Notes under the pieces: generated by a model
What the model was told of the DNA's origin: nothing
Database searches by the model: none
What the model saw: the letters and a program-made list of their open reading frames with translations, nothing else
IMG/VR virus record: IMGVR_UViG_3300037180_000021
Span: 1-64,000 of that record
DNA length: 64,000 nucleotides
Origin: a virus
Direction: 5' to 3' (one strand)
Shown: one piece after another, positions 33,292-42,145 of the stretch
Position numbering within the stretch: position 1 is the first letter of the stretch
How the letters are laid out: every line of letters starts with the position of its first letter
Translations under genes and position numbers: made by a program

Positions 33292-35397
33292 ATGATGGGT
33301 AAGCTGACGCTGTTCCGCGACAACCTCGTCAACTTCGTGACGGGCCTCGGCACGTGGAAGGACCCGTCAGCAAGCCTGCGCTACAATTTGAATTTGGTCC
33401 AACGTGACCAGCTGGAGAACGCCTACCGCAGCGACTGGATCTCCAGGCGGCTGGTTGACGCGCCGGCCGACGACGCCGCCCGAGAGTGGCGCCAGTGGCA
33501 CGCGTCCCAGGACCAGATCGAGGTCATCGAGGACGTCGAGCGCGAGCACAACATCCAGAAGAAGCTGCGGCTGGCGCTGATCCGCGCCAGGCTGTACGGC
33601 GGCGCCGGCATGGTGCTGGGGGTGGACGATGGTAAGCCTGCGGAGGAACCACTGGACATCGACGCCGTCGGCAAGGACGCGCTCAAGTTCGTGGTGGTGA
33701 TGAACCGCTACGAGCTGGCCGCGGGACCTCGCATCTACAACGTCGAGTCGCCGTGGTACACCTACCCAGAATACTTCACGGTGCAGTCGCCGCTGTTCGG
33801 CTTCTACGGAGAGAAGGGGAACAGTCAGCCCGAGAGCTGGCAGGGGCAGGCCGGCGATCCTGCGCGGCAGGAGACGCCGCAGTCAGGCATGGTGCGCATC
33901 CACCCCAGCCGCGTGGTGCAGTTCGCCGGTGCCGAGCTGCCTGACTGGCGGCTGGTGCCGCTGGGCGGCCTGTGGGGTGATAGCATCTTACAGGCGGTTG
34001 AGGACATCCTGAAGAAGTTCGGCATGACCGTCGGCGGCCTGGCCGCCATGGTCAACGATGCCAAGATGGACGTGGTCAAGATACCAGAGTTCAGCAAGAA
34101 GATCTCCACGGCCGAGTACGCCAACCAGCTGATCGGACGCTTCAGCGCTGCCAACCAGGCCAAGTCTGTCATCAACACGCTGGTCCTCGACACCAACGAG
34201 GAGTGGGAGCGGGTGCAGACCAACTTCGGCGGCGTGCCGCAGGTGTTGGAGAAATTCATGACGCTGGCCTGCGCGTCCGCCGGCGTGCCGTTCTCACGGG
34301 TGTTCGGCCAGCAGAGTCGCGGCCTCGGCGGCAACGAGCACAGCGGTGCCAGCAGCGACGTCAAGAACTACTACGATATGATCGCTGCGGACCAGAAGAA
34401 TGTCTACACCCCGGCGCTGGACACGCTCGACCAGGTGCTGCTGCGCTCCGCGCTAGGCAAGTTCGACCCCAACGTCTACTACGAGTGGAACCCTCTGTCG
34501 CAGCCCGACCCCAAGGAGATCGCGGCCATCAGCTTGCAGAAGGCCCAGGCCACGCAGGTCTATATGACGGGTGGCTTGATCAACGAGGACGCACTGCGCG
34601 CCGCCGTAGTCAACCAGCTGATCGAGGACGGCGTCTATCCTGGGCTGGAAGACGCCATCGACGAGTTCGGCGAGGAGCCGGATGAGCCCGACGGCAGCTT
34701 CGACCCGCAGTCTGGTGCCCCCATCCCCGGCTCACCGGTCCAGGCAGCGATGGAACAGATGAAGGCGAGCGGCAACGGGGGCGACAAGCAGGTCGGTGAC
34801 GCCAAGGAGCCGACGCGGCGGCCGTCGCTGATGCGAAAGCGCACGTATCGTGACTTCAGGAAGATGAGGGATAGCGCGGAGTACTTCGACCGCCTGTCAC
34901 TTCTATCTGTTCGAGATGCTATCCCGCGCACGCTGTACGTGCGGCGTGACGTGCTAAACGGCGACGACATTGTGAAGTGGGCCAAGGCGCAGGGTTTCTC
35001 CACCACACTCCCAGCGGCAGCTATGCACGTCACCATCGCGTTCTCAAAGACGCTGGTTGATTGGATGAAGATGGGCAACGACTATACCGGGGACGACAGG
35101 GGTCGATTCACCGTGCCGCCCGGCGGAGTACGGCTGCTGGAGCGGCTAGGCGACGCCGTGGTCCTCATGTTCTCTTCGTCGCAACTGGCCTACCGCCACG
35201 AGGGCATGAAGAAAGAAGGTGCTAGCTGGGACCATCCTGAGTACCAGCCGCACATCACGGTCAGCTGGGATGTGCCCGAGGATTTTGATCTAGATGCTGT
35301 CGAGCCATACCGTGGGCCGATAAAGCTGGGGCCAGAGATATTCGAGCCGGTGAAGGAAGACTGGAAGTCGACCATCCACGAGGACGCAGCAGAGTGA
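33292..35397 (+). CDS. portal protein (DUF1073-type) fused to a C-terminal 2H-phosphoesterase-like domain
   Basis: The N-terminal ~470 aa resemble DUF1073 portals (FVTGLGTWKDPSAS...SDWISRRLVDAPADDA...). The C-terminal ~155 aa carry two HxT motifs, AAMHVTIAFS (H579) and QPHITVSW (H654). Confidence 0.75.
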   Translation: MMGKLTLFRDNLVNFVTGLGTWKDPSASLRYNLNLVQRDQLENAYRSDWISRRLVDAPADDAAREWRQWHASQDQIEVIEDVEREHNIQKKLRLALIRARLYGGAGMVLGVDDGKPAEEPLDIDAVGKDALKFVVVMNRYELAAGPRIYNVESPWYTYPEYFTVQSPLFGFYGEKGNSQPESWQGQAGDPARQETPQSGMVRIHPSRVVQFAGAELPDWRLVPLGGLWGDSILQAVEDILKKFGMTVGGLAAMVNDAKMDVVKIPEFSKKISTAEYANQLIGRFSAANQAKSVINTLVLDTNEEWERVQTNFGGVPQVLEKFMTLACASAGVPFSRVFGQQSRGLGGNEHSGASSDVKNYYDMIAADQKNVYTPALDTLDQVLLRSALGKFDPNVYYEWNPLSQPDPKEIAAISLQKAQATQVYMTGGLINEDALRAAVVNQLIEDGVYPGLEDAIDEFGEEPDEPDGSFDPQSGAPIPGSPVQAAMEQMKASGNGGDKQVGDAKEPTRRPSLMRKRTYRDFRKMRDSAEYFDRLSLLSVRDAIPRTLYVRRDVLNGDDIVKWAKAQGFSTTLPAAAMHVTIAFSKTLVDWMKMGNDYTGDDRGRFTVPPGGVRLLERLGDAVVLMFSSSQLAYRHEGMKKEGASWDHPEYQPHITVSWDVPEDFDLDAVEPYRGPIKLGPEIFEPVKEDWKSTIHEDAAE

Positions 35398-35807
35398 GCG
35401 ACGTATTCGACCCCTACGCGGTGCTCGACCCGCTTCGCATGGAGCGGCAGATCAATGAGCTGTCAGCCGGCGGTGGCTCTGGAGTCAGCGTCACTGACGC
35501 CGGCAACGGCAACGTCGTCGTCACTCCGTCGCCCGGCACTGGCACGTTCACGCTCGACGTGAACCCAACGCAGATGCACATTGGAGCTGTTCTCATAACG
35601 TCGTCTGCAGGAGGAGTTGGCTTGGCTGCCCCAAGCGGCGTTGCCGGGATAGCTGGGGAGATCGCTGAAGTGGTCGGACCGAGCAGCCAAGCACTTCAGA
35701 TCAATAGCACTGGTATTATCCTGGTGGGGCTGCCGTCTTCTGACCCACACGTTCTTAATGCGCTGTGGGTTGAGTCCGGTGGAGCATTGATGGTGAGCGC
35801 GGGATGA
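35394..35807 (+). CDS. hypothetical Gly-rich protein
   Basis: 137-aa ORF, coupled on both sides. Confidence 0.5.
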   Translation: MSDVFDPYAVLDPLRMERQINELSAGGGSGVSVTDAGNGNVVVTPSPGTGTFTLDVNPTQMHIGAVLITSSAGGVGLAAPSGVAGIAGEIAEVVGPSSQALQINSTGIILVGLPSSDPHVLNALWVESGGALMVSAG

Positions 35808-35977
35808 TGACCGAAGACCCCACTCCGAAGAAGCCCGGCAACATTGCCAAGCCGGACTCCCGGCCGCCGCCGACCCAGGGCGGCATCACGCCGACCACCA
35901 ACGTCGGGGCCAAGCGCGTGCAGATCAAGCCGACGCCCGCGGCGCACGAGCCTCCGAAGCCGGAGGATAAGCCGTGA
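35804..35977 (+). CDS. small Pro/Lys-rich protein (57 aa)
   Basis: My translation: MMTEDPTPKKPGNIAKPDSRPPPTQGGITPTTNVGAKRVQIKPTPAAHEPPKPEDKP. ATGA overlap upstream and GTGA overlap downstream. Confidence 0.35.
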   Translation: MMTEDPTPKKPGNIAKPDSRPPPTQGGITPTTNVGAKRVQIKPTPAAHEPPKPEDKP

Positions 35978-36141
35978 GGGAGCAGCAGACGCAGCAGCTC
36001 GCCTACGAGAAGTTCTGGCCGTCGGCGCGTATCCCCACCGGCACGGTGGGCCAGTTAGACGTGCGCTCTGGCCTGGTGTGGCCGTCTGGCGACTCGCGCT
36101 CGCCGTTCGCCACCTCCTCCGGTTACGTGGTGCAGAGCTGA
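35974..36141 (+). CDS. small hypothetical protein (55 aa, GTG start)
   Basis: VREQQTQQLAYEKFWPSARIPTGTVGQLDVRSGLVWPSGDSRSPFATSSGYVVQS. TGATG overlap with the next gene. Confidence 0.3.
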   Translation: MREQQTQQLAYEKFWPSARIPTGTVGQLDVRSGLVWPSGDSRSPFATSSGYVVQS

Positions 36142-38030
36142 TGCTGCTGGGAACTAACCGGAAGCCGTTCTATGACCAGCGCAAGGTTCTCGTAGAGGAC
36201 GCGCGCCCGCGCCCGTACGACCCCACCGGCACCGGCCCGCTGCGCGGCAAGTTCCGCAACGACCTTGATCGCCGCTGGGCCAAGCTGCGGCAGCTCGCCG
36301 TTAGCGCCTTGACCGACCACGGCATGGCCGACCCCACGGTGCAGTCGATCACTCACGCTATGCAGCTGGCGCAGACCGACAAGGTGCCGATGTTCACGCG
36401 GTGGATGGAGGAAGCAACTCGCCAGGTGATGACCAACGAGGACCGCTTCGTCAACATGTACATTTGGCGCGCGGGGGAGGCCGCTGATCCGCAACTGCCG
36501 ACTAACAGTCGCGCCGCCAATGTCATGTCCGACCTCGCTTGCGCTGAGCTTAAAGGCATCTGCGCTGCGGTAGTGCAGCAAGCCACCAGAGTCGTGGCCA
36601 ACGGGCTGCTGGCCAATAAGAAGCCGGCGCGGATCGCGCGCGACGTGGCGGCGATGATCAAGGCGGTCGGCGTTAGTCGCGGTCGTGCCCTAGCCAACTT
36701 CATGGTGGTGAAGGCTTACAATTGTGCGCTGCTGGACATGTTCCGCCGGCAGGGCGTCACGCACGTCGGAGTGATGGCGGAGAGAATTAGAGTTAAGCGC
36801 GGGGCGCACGGGCTGACGCGGGATGCCGACGTCGATCTCTCCACCGTCGAGGTGCTCACGGCTGGCGACGATGACGTCTGCCCTACTTGTGAGGAGATCA
36901 GCAATGATGGCCCCTACGCGCTGGACGACGCCGAGGGGCTGATCCCTGCGCACCTGAATTGTGTTTTACCAGGGGCTATTGTTGAAGGACAGGTTTTGGC
37001 GTCTCTAAAATCCTGGTATTCTGGTCCAGCTATTGAGATTAGTACGAGAGGTGGGAAAAGACTTAGCGTCACTGGTCAACACCCCGTACTGACATCGCTC
37101 GGGCCTGTTGTGGCTCAAGATATTTGCGAGGGAATGAAGCTTCTTTGCAAGAGTGAGGATTTTAGGGGTAGCTCCGTTGGTTTTAATGATTACTACAGTC
37201 CACCTCTTATTGAGGAGATATTTGATGCGCTTAGGGTTCAGGGATGCTGCCTTGTCCCCCCAAGCAGTGATGATCTCCACGGCGATGCGAGGCTTATCAA
37301 TGGTGATGTCGACATTGTAGCGGTAGATTGGCGTTTGTTGCGTTACATCCAGTTTCAGTTCGCAAAGCGCGGCAGCAAGCTCATTCTCCCATTTACCAAC
37401 ATGGGACATGTGGAACTGCTTAGACTTGCTGCGGTGAAGCAGCTCCTTTCTCGACGCTTTGCGTCCTTTGGCAGCTTTCCAAGCTCCGGAGCACTGACGT
37501 CGGACCGCCCTGCGACCTTTTTTCTTGATCAGCCCCCATTTAAGATACTCAGCTTCGGAAGCGGATCTCAGTTTGATACCCCCTTTCATGAAACATTTGC
37601 CAAGTACCCCTCGTCCTATTCCAGTTTGATCCGAAAGGTTTTTCATAGAAGTTCCGGCCAAGTAACCATTGATAAGTTGACGAAGCTGTCCTCTCTTAAA
37701 AATAATCTTGGGTCGTCCGGGATTTCTAAGTACGTCCTTGAGCAGGCTGTAAATTTCTCTTCGAGGTATGCCCAGTTTTTTAGTGATCTTATGACCCGAC
37801 AACCCTTGTTGATAGAGATGGATGATGTCGTTTCGGTCCGCAGCTTTAACTATGTGGGACATGTTTATGACCTCCAGACGTCTGTTGGATACATGATAGC
37901 ACAAAAAATCCTTTTGTGTAACTGCCGCTGTGCGTTCGTGCCGGCTGAGGACTTGCGGTTCGCTCCGGTGCGCGACGCCTTCGACCCGGACGAGCCGCGT
38001 GATGAGCATGGGGAGGAGAGTGATGAATAA
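36141..38030 (+). CDS. head morphogenesis protein (Mu F / SPP1 gp7 family), interrupted by an intein
   Basis: Hallmark C-terminal motif GDDDVCPTCEEISNDGPY...IPAHLN / CRCAFVP is split by 321 codons. Start MLLGTNRKPFYDQRK chosen. Confidence 0.75.
   Translation: MLLGTNRKPFYDQRKVLVEDARPRPYDPTGTGPLRGKFRNDLDRRWAKLRQLAVSALTDHGMADPTVQSITHAMQLAQTDKVPMFTRWMEEATRQVMTNEDRFVNMYIWRAGEAADPQLPTNSRAANVMSDLACAELKGICAAVVQQATRVVANGLLANKKPARIARDVAAMIKAVGVSRGRALANFMVVKAYNCALLDMFRRQGVTHVGVMAERIRVKRGAHGLTRDADVDLSTVEVLTAGDDDVCPTCEEISNDGPYALDDAEGLIPAHLNCVLPGAIVEGQVLASLKSWYSGPAIEISTRGGKRLSVTGQHPVLTSLGPVVAQDICEGMKLLCKSEDFRGSSVGFNDYYSPPLIEEIFDALRVQGCCLVPPSSDDLHGDARLINGDVDIVAVDWRLLRYIQFQFAKRGSKLILPFTNMGHVELLRLAAVKQLLSRRFASFGSFPSSGALTSDRPATFFLDQPPFKILSFGSGSQFDTPFHETFAKYPSSYSSLIRKVFHRSSGQVTIDKLTKLSSLKNNLGSSGISKYVLEQAVNFSSRYAQFFSDLMTRQPLLIEMDDVVSVRSFNYVGHVYDLQTSVGYMIAQKILLCNCRCAFVPAEDLRFAPVRDAFDPDEPRDEHGEESDE
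36960..37922 (+). other. intein (321 aa) in the Mu F-like gene
   Basis: Starts CVLPGAIVEG, has LSVTGQHPVLT (block B), VGHVYDLQTSVGYMIAQKILLCN (blocks F/G), then Cys+1 of CRC. No in-frame LAGLIDADG or HNH motif seen. Confidence 0.7.
37005..37862 (-). CDS. putative homing endonuclease (two HTH segments plus Vsr/DUF559-like PD-(D/E)XK) encoded antisense inside the intein
   Basis: MSHIVKAADRNDIIHLYQQGLSGHKITKKLGIPRREIY...YLAGTSMKNLSDQTGIGRGVL...GKWENELAAALCELKLDVTQQTPIYRYNVDITIDKPRIAVEIITAWGDK...WTVVIIKTNG. 285 aa with protein-like composition, in an AT-rich segment. Confidence 0.55.
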   Translation of the reverse strand: MSHIVKAADRNDIIHLYQQGLSGHKITKKLGIPRREIYSLLKDVLRNPGRPKIIFKRGQLRQLINGYLAGTSMKNLSDQTGIGRGVLGKCFMKGGIKLRSASEAEYLKWGLIKKKGRRAVRRQCSGAWKAAKGRKASRKELLHRSKSKQFHMSHVGKWENELAAALCELKLDVTQQTPIYRYNVDITIDKPRIAVEIITAWGDKAASLNPKRIKYLLNKRWTVVIIKTNGATPKILTLAKKLHSLANILSHNRPERCQYGVLTSDAKSFPTSRTNLNSWTRIPGF

Positions 38031-38373
38031 TAAACTGATGAACGACACCTCGGCCGAGGCCGTCAACGTCGGCCTGGGCAAGCCGGCGCCGGCTCAGGTA
38101 GGCCCGGACCCGCGGCTGATCCACGAGCTGGCCACCTACGTCAGCAAGGTCGGCATCGGCGCCGACCTCAACGCCTTCATCGCTGCACTCGCAGTCGTGG
38201 CCGGCGGCATGATCGGCGGCTACTGCGCCACGGCCGAGGCTGTGGACAATACTATAGGCGGCCACAACGCGATCGTTGCCTCGCAGGCCCGGTTGCGCTG
38301 GCGCACTAACCAGGACGCCAAGAAGAAGGAGCACGATGAACGTGCCGCACAACAGCAAGAAAAAGTTCAGTAA
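38023..38373 (+). CDS. hypothetical protein
   Basis: Start MNNKLMNDTSAEAV overlaps the Mu F stop. One hydrophobic segment, AALAVVAGGMIGGY. Confidence 0.45.
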   Translation: MNNKLMNDTSAEAVNVGLGKPAPAQVGPDPRLIHELATYVSKVGIGADLNAFIAALAVVAGGMIGGYCATAEAVDNTIGGHNAIVASQARLRWRTNQDAKKKEHDERAAQQQEKVQ

Positions 38374-40177
38374 GAACTTAGACGCCTCGTTTTCCTCCCT
38401 CATACGCCAGCTCGAGGACGCTCAGCAGGGTCTCAGCTTCGAGACCAGCGAGGAGAGCGAAGATGTCACCTGCCCACAGTGCGACACCGTCTATCCCAAA
38501 GAACAAGAACACTGCCCCAACTGCGGAGCGACGAATATGAGAGACCACTCTATCCAGATGTTCGACGCCTTCGTGGTTGACGGCGTGCGCAGGACAAGCG
38601 ACGGCTACCTGACGTGCAACGCACGCGTGGCGCGCACCGGCATCCAGACCTACAAGGGCTCCGAGCTGGGACGCCCGGACCTCGGCGAGGTCCGCGTCTA
38701 CCGCCCGCCGAGCGAGGTATTCAGCAAGGACGCCATGCACTCCATGGCGCACCGGCCGATAACGCTGAACCACCCCAGCGAGCAGGTCAACGCCGCCAAC
38801 TGGAAGAAGTACGCGATAGGCCACACCGGTGACGAGGTGGTGCGCGACGGCGACGTCATCCGCGTGCCCATGGTGGTGATGGACGCCGCGGCGATCGACG
38901 CCATTGAGAGTGGCAAGGCGAAGGAGCTGAGCGTCGGCTACACCACTGACCTGAAGTGGAAGAAGGGAACCACCGACAAGGGCGAGACCTACGACGCGAT
39001 GCAGACTGCTATCCGAGGCAACCACCTGGCCGTGGTGCCGGTGGCCAGAGGCGGCGACAAATTGAGAGTTGGCGACGATGACTCTGTGCAGGAGATCGAC
39101 CCCGACTCTCTCCACTATCTCCGCGTCATGACCCATCACAAGTCGGCACCGGTAGTCAAGAAATTGGCGGCGGCGGACCTGAAGTCTTTGCTGACCACCA
39201 ACTACGGTGACGCCATCGGCACGGCAAAATACGATGAGTATTGTGCTGGGCTTGATCTGGACGACGCCGCGGTCGACGACCGCGGGTTCTCTGAAGAGGA
39301 CCGCAAGAAGCTGGCCAAGTCCGGCGCCGCGCTACCCGGCGGCGGCTTCCCGATCAAGACGGTGGAGGACTTAAAGAACGCCGTCAGGGCCATCGGCCGC
39401 GCCAAGGACCCGGCGGCGGCCAAGGCTCACATCATTTCTCGCGCCAAGTCTCTAGGCGCGACGAAGGAACTACCCGCCGACTGGGTCAAGTCGAAAACAA
39501 GCGACGCTCAAGAACAAGGAGAAAAAACTATGAGCGCTATCGTAACCATCGACGGCAGCCCGATCGAAGTTGCCGATGAGCTGTCTGCCAGTGTCATCCG
39601 CAAGCAGATTGCCACTCTGATCGCCGACAAGGCGGACCTGAAGGGCAAGCTGGACAAGGCAGCAGCCGACAAGGAAGAAGAAGATGAGGAGAAGGTCCGC
39701 GGCAAGAAGGCCGTGGACGCCAAGGACGGCGAGATCGCTGCGCTCAAGAAGCAGCTCGTCGACGCGCAGGCCGGGGCCACTCCGGCAATCCTTGACAAGC
39801 TGGTCAAGGACCGCCTCGCCGTGATCGACCGTGCCAGCAAGATCCTGGACAAGGCGTTCTCGTTCGACGGCAAGTCGAACTCCGACATCGCCCGCGCGGC
39901 GGTCGCCAAACACTACGGCGACTCATTCGTCAAGGACAAGTCGGACGACTACGTCGCCCCGTTGTTCGACGCGATCGACGTCAAGGATGGCGACAAGGGC
40001 CGCAATACCGGCCATCGCAATCTTGGACGCGCCATTGGTGACGCAGCCAGGCGGCATGGTAACAGCTCCGGAGACAGCAGCGTTGACGTCCGCGACGCGG
40101 CGTTCGCCGACATGGAGAAGGACCTCAACAACGCTTGGCGCCGCCCGCACGCCGCCGGCGGCGGCGACGGCAAGTAA
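38336..40177 (+). CDS. DUF2213-like scaffold/prohead protein with N-terminal Zn-ribbon and C-terminal coiled coil
   Basis: CPQCDTVYPKEQEHCPNCG, then RRTSDGYLTCNARVARTGIQTYKGSELG...VRVYRPPSEVFSKDAMHSMAHRPITLNHP (DUF2213 pattern from memory). Position is between the Mu F-like gene and the capsid gene. Confidence 0.55.
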   Translation: MNVPHNSKKKFSKNLDASFSSLIRQLEDAQQGLSFETSEESEDVTCPQCDTVYPKEQEHCPNCGATNMRDHSIQMFDAFVVDGVRRTSDGYLTCNARVARTGIQTYKGSELGRPDLGEVRVYRPPSEVFSKDAMHSMAHRPITLNHPSEQVNAANWKKYAIGHTGDEVVRDGDVIRVPMVVMDAAAIDAIESGKAKELSVGYTTDLKWKKGTTDKGETYDAMQTAIRGNHLAVVPVARGGDKLRVGDDDSVQEIDPDSLHYLRVMTHHKSAPVVKKLAAADLKSLLTTNYGDAIGTAKYDEYCAGLDLDDAAVDDRGFSEEDRKKLAKSGAALPGGGFPIKTVEDLKNAVRAIGRAKDPAAAKAHIISRAKSLGATKELPADWVKSKTSDAQEQGEKTMSAIVTIDGSPIEVADELSASVIRKQIATLIADKADLKGKLDKAAADKEEEDEEKVRGKKAVDAKDGEIAALKKQLVDAQAGATPAILDKLVKDRLAVIDRASKILDKAFSFDGKSNSDIARAAVAKHYGDSFVKDKSDDYVAPLFDAIDVKDGDKGRNTGHRNLGRAIGDAARRHGNSSGDSSVDVRDAAFADMEKDLNNAWRRPHAAGGGDGK

Positions 40178-40217
40178 GTAATTCCCCTGAAGGGCAAAGC
40201 ACAAGGAGAACAATAAA

Positions 40218-40742
40218 ATGTTGCAGCCCGCACCAGTCCAACAGTACTACAACCGCTACCTCACTTCTGGACAGAACGGCATGCCCGCGACGTCCACGGG
40301 GTGGGACATCGACACTCGCATCTGCGAGGATTACTCCGGGAACGGCATCGGCTTCGGCCTCGTAGTCTCGCAGGGCTTGTCGACCGACCGTGCCGCGGTG
40401 CTCGGGGCCCACGGCGGCACCCAGGCGCTCGGCATCACGGTCAGCGACATTACGCTGCCGAACGTGGTCTCCCCCGGTCCCGACCGCTACCAGAACACCG
40501 ACAACATGGCCGTGGCCGTGCGCGGTGACTTCTGGGTCACGGCCGCCACCAACGTGACGGCAGGGTCGCCGGTGTACTTCGACCCGTCCACCGGGCAGCT
40601 CGGCGATACTGGCACGCTGCTCGAGGGTGCCATGTGGATGACGTCTGCCACCATCGGCCAGCTGGCATTTGGCGCGCAGACCGAGTCACCCAACTTGGCC
40701 GTGGTTCGCCTGGCGCTGAACACCGGCAACGTCAACACCTAA
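40218..40742 (+). CDS. possible capsid decoration/cement protein
   Basis: 174-aa ORF immediately upstream of the major capsid gene. Call is by position only. Confidence 0.35.
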   Translation: MLQPAPVQQYYNRYLTSGQNGMPATSTGWDIDTRICEDYSGNGIGFGLVVSQGLSTDRAAVLGAHGGTQALGITVSDITLPNVVSPGPDRYQNTDNMAVAVRGDFWVTAATNVTAGSPVYFDPSTGQLGDTGTLLEGAMWMTSATIGQLAFGAQTESPNLAVVRLALNTGNVNT

Positions 40743-40780
40743 CGCGTCTCGCACGCAACAACAAGAAAAGGACAACGCAG

Positions 40781-41737
40781 ATGCGTTTGAACTTGTACGA
40801 TGACCAGGAGGCGCTGAGCTTCCTCGTGTCGCAGACCACCTACATCGAGGCAGAGGTATATCGGATTCAGTACCCCGAGATCCTCTACAAGCAACTGGTG
40901 CCGGTCGACTCGTCCGCCAACGAGTGGGCGAAGAGCGTCACCTACTTCAGCATGGACAAGGTTGGCCACGCCGATTGGTTCTCTGGCCAGGCCAGCGACA
41001 TGCGCTTCGCAGACATCAACCGCAACAAGTACGAGCAAGGTATCGAGATGGCCGGCATCGGCTACCGGTACACGCTCGAGGAGATCGGCGCCGCCATGAT
41101 GGTGCCGGGCCTCAATCTTACGGCTGAGCGGGCCGAGGCGGCGCGCTTTGCCTACGAGATGTTCGTGGATCGGTTGGCCTACTTCGGTTCCACAACCAAG
41201 AACACCTACGGGCTGTTCAACGCCCCGACGGTGACGGTGGCAGAGGCGATCGCCGACGGCACCGGCAGCTCGCCGCTGTGGACCACCAAGACGGCGGACC
41301 AGATGATACGCGACGTCAACAACGCGCTGACGGCCGTGTACACCGGGTCGCAGACCGTCGAGCTGGCCGACACCGTGCTGCTGCCGTTGCAGGCGATGTC
41401 GATCCTGTCCAACACCCGCGTGCCCAATACCTACGGCAACGCGCTTGACTACCTGGCGAAGTACAATCAGTACACCTTCCTCACCGGGGCGCCGCTGACC
41501 ATCCGCGGCATCATCGGTCTGGACACCGCTGGTCACGCCGGCCAGGGGCGGCTGGTTGCCTATCGTAAGGACCCGCGGGTGGTGAAGCTTCACGTCCCGA
41601 TGATCCACCGCTTCTTGCCGGTGTGGCAGACTGGACCGATCACGTTCGAGATCCCCGGAATCTTCCGCGTCGGCTCGGTCGAAGTGCGTCGGCCGGCGGC
41701 GTTCCAGTATCTCGACGGAATCACGTCCAACTCGTAA
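40781..41737 (+). CDS. major capsid protein (DUF2184 / HK97-fold type)
   Basis: MRLNLYDDQEALSFLVSQTTYIEAEVYRIQYPEILYKQLVPVD...GIGYRYTLEEI. Followed by a strong terminator. Confidence 0.7.
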   Translation: MRLNLYDDQEALSFLVSQTTYIEAEVYRIQYPEILYKQLVPVDSSANEWAKSVTYFSMDKVGHADWFSGQASDMRFADINRNKYEQGIEMAGIGYRYTLEEIGAAMMVPGLNLTAERAEAARFAYEMFVDRLAYFGSTTKNTYGLFNAPTVTVAEAIADGTGSSPLWTTKTADQMIRDVNNALTAVYTGSQTVELADTVLLPLQAMSILSNTRVPNTYGNALDYLAKYNQYTFLTGAPLTIRGIIGLDTAGHAGQGRLVAYRKDPRVVKLHVPMIHRFLPVWQTGPITFEIPGIFRVGSVEVRRPAAFQYLDGITSNS

Positions 41738-41774
41738 GATCAAGAAGAATAAAGAGCGACGACGTGACACTCAC

Positions 41775-41813
41775 GGGCCGCAGGCCCGCAACTTCTTGCG
41801 GTCCGTCTTTTTC
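41775..41813 (+). terminator. rho-independent terminator after the capsid gene
   Basis: GGGCC-GCA-GGCCC and CGCAA-CTTC-TTGCG hairpins followed by GTCCGTCTTTTTC. Confidence 0.6.
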
Positions 41814-41842
41814 ATTCAAAAAACAAATCGGAGGCGAATTAA

Positions 41843-42130
41843 ATGGTTATCATCAAGACTTCTACCTGCACGGTCAAGAATGTTTCTAAGCACACGCCGC
41901 GAGCCTTCTATGATGGCATCGACAATGCCAACAACATCAGGATAGAACCCGGCGAGATCAAAGAGAACTTGAGGCTGGCCGACACGGCTATCGAGAAGAT
42001 GATCAAGCGCCCTGACGACTTCCTGGTGTCTGAGGTCAAGCCAGCGGCGCCGGTGACGACTCGCTCGGCCGTGCCGCAGCTGGAGCGCGAGGACGATGAG
42101 TTACAACCACCGCGCAAGGTGGCGAGATAG
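41843..42130 (+). CDS. hypothetical protein
   Basis: 95-aa ORF with GGAGGCGAA before the ATG. Confidence 0.5.
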   Translation: MVIIKTSTCTVKNVSKHTPRAFYDGIDNANNIRIEPGEIKENLRLADTAIEKMIKRPDDFLVSEVKPAAPVTTRSAVPQLEREDDELQPPRKVAR

Positions 42131-42145
42131 AAAAGGACAACGCCA

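Noticed and set aside
35844-36140. N-terminal 99 codons of the ORF-track entry 35844..38030.
   Set aside because: The sequence is Arg/Pro/Ser-rich and non-protein-like. Two short coupled ORFs in other frames (35804..35977 and 35974..36141) and an ATG at 36141 explain the region better.
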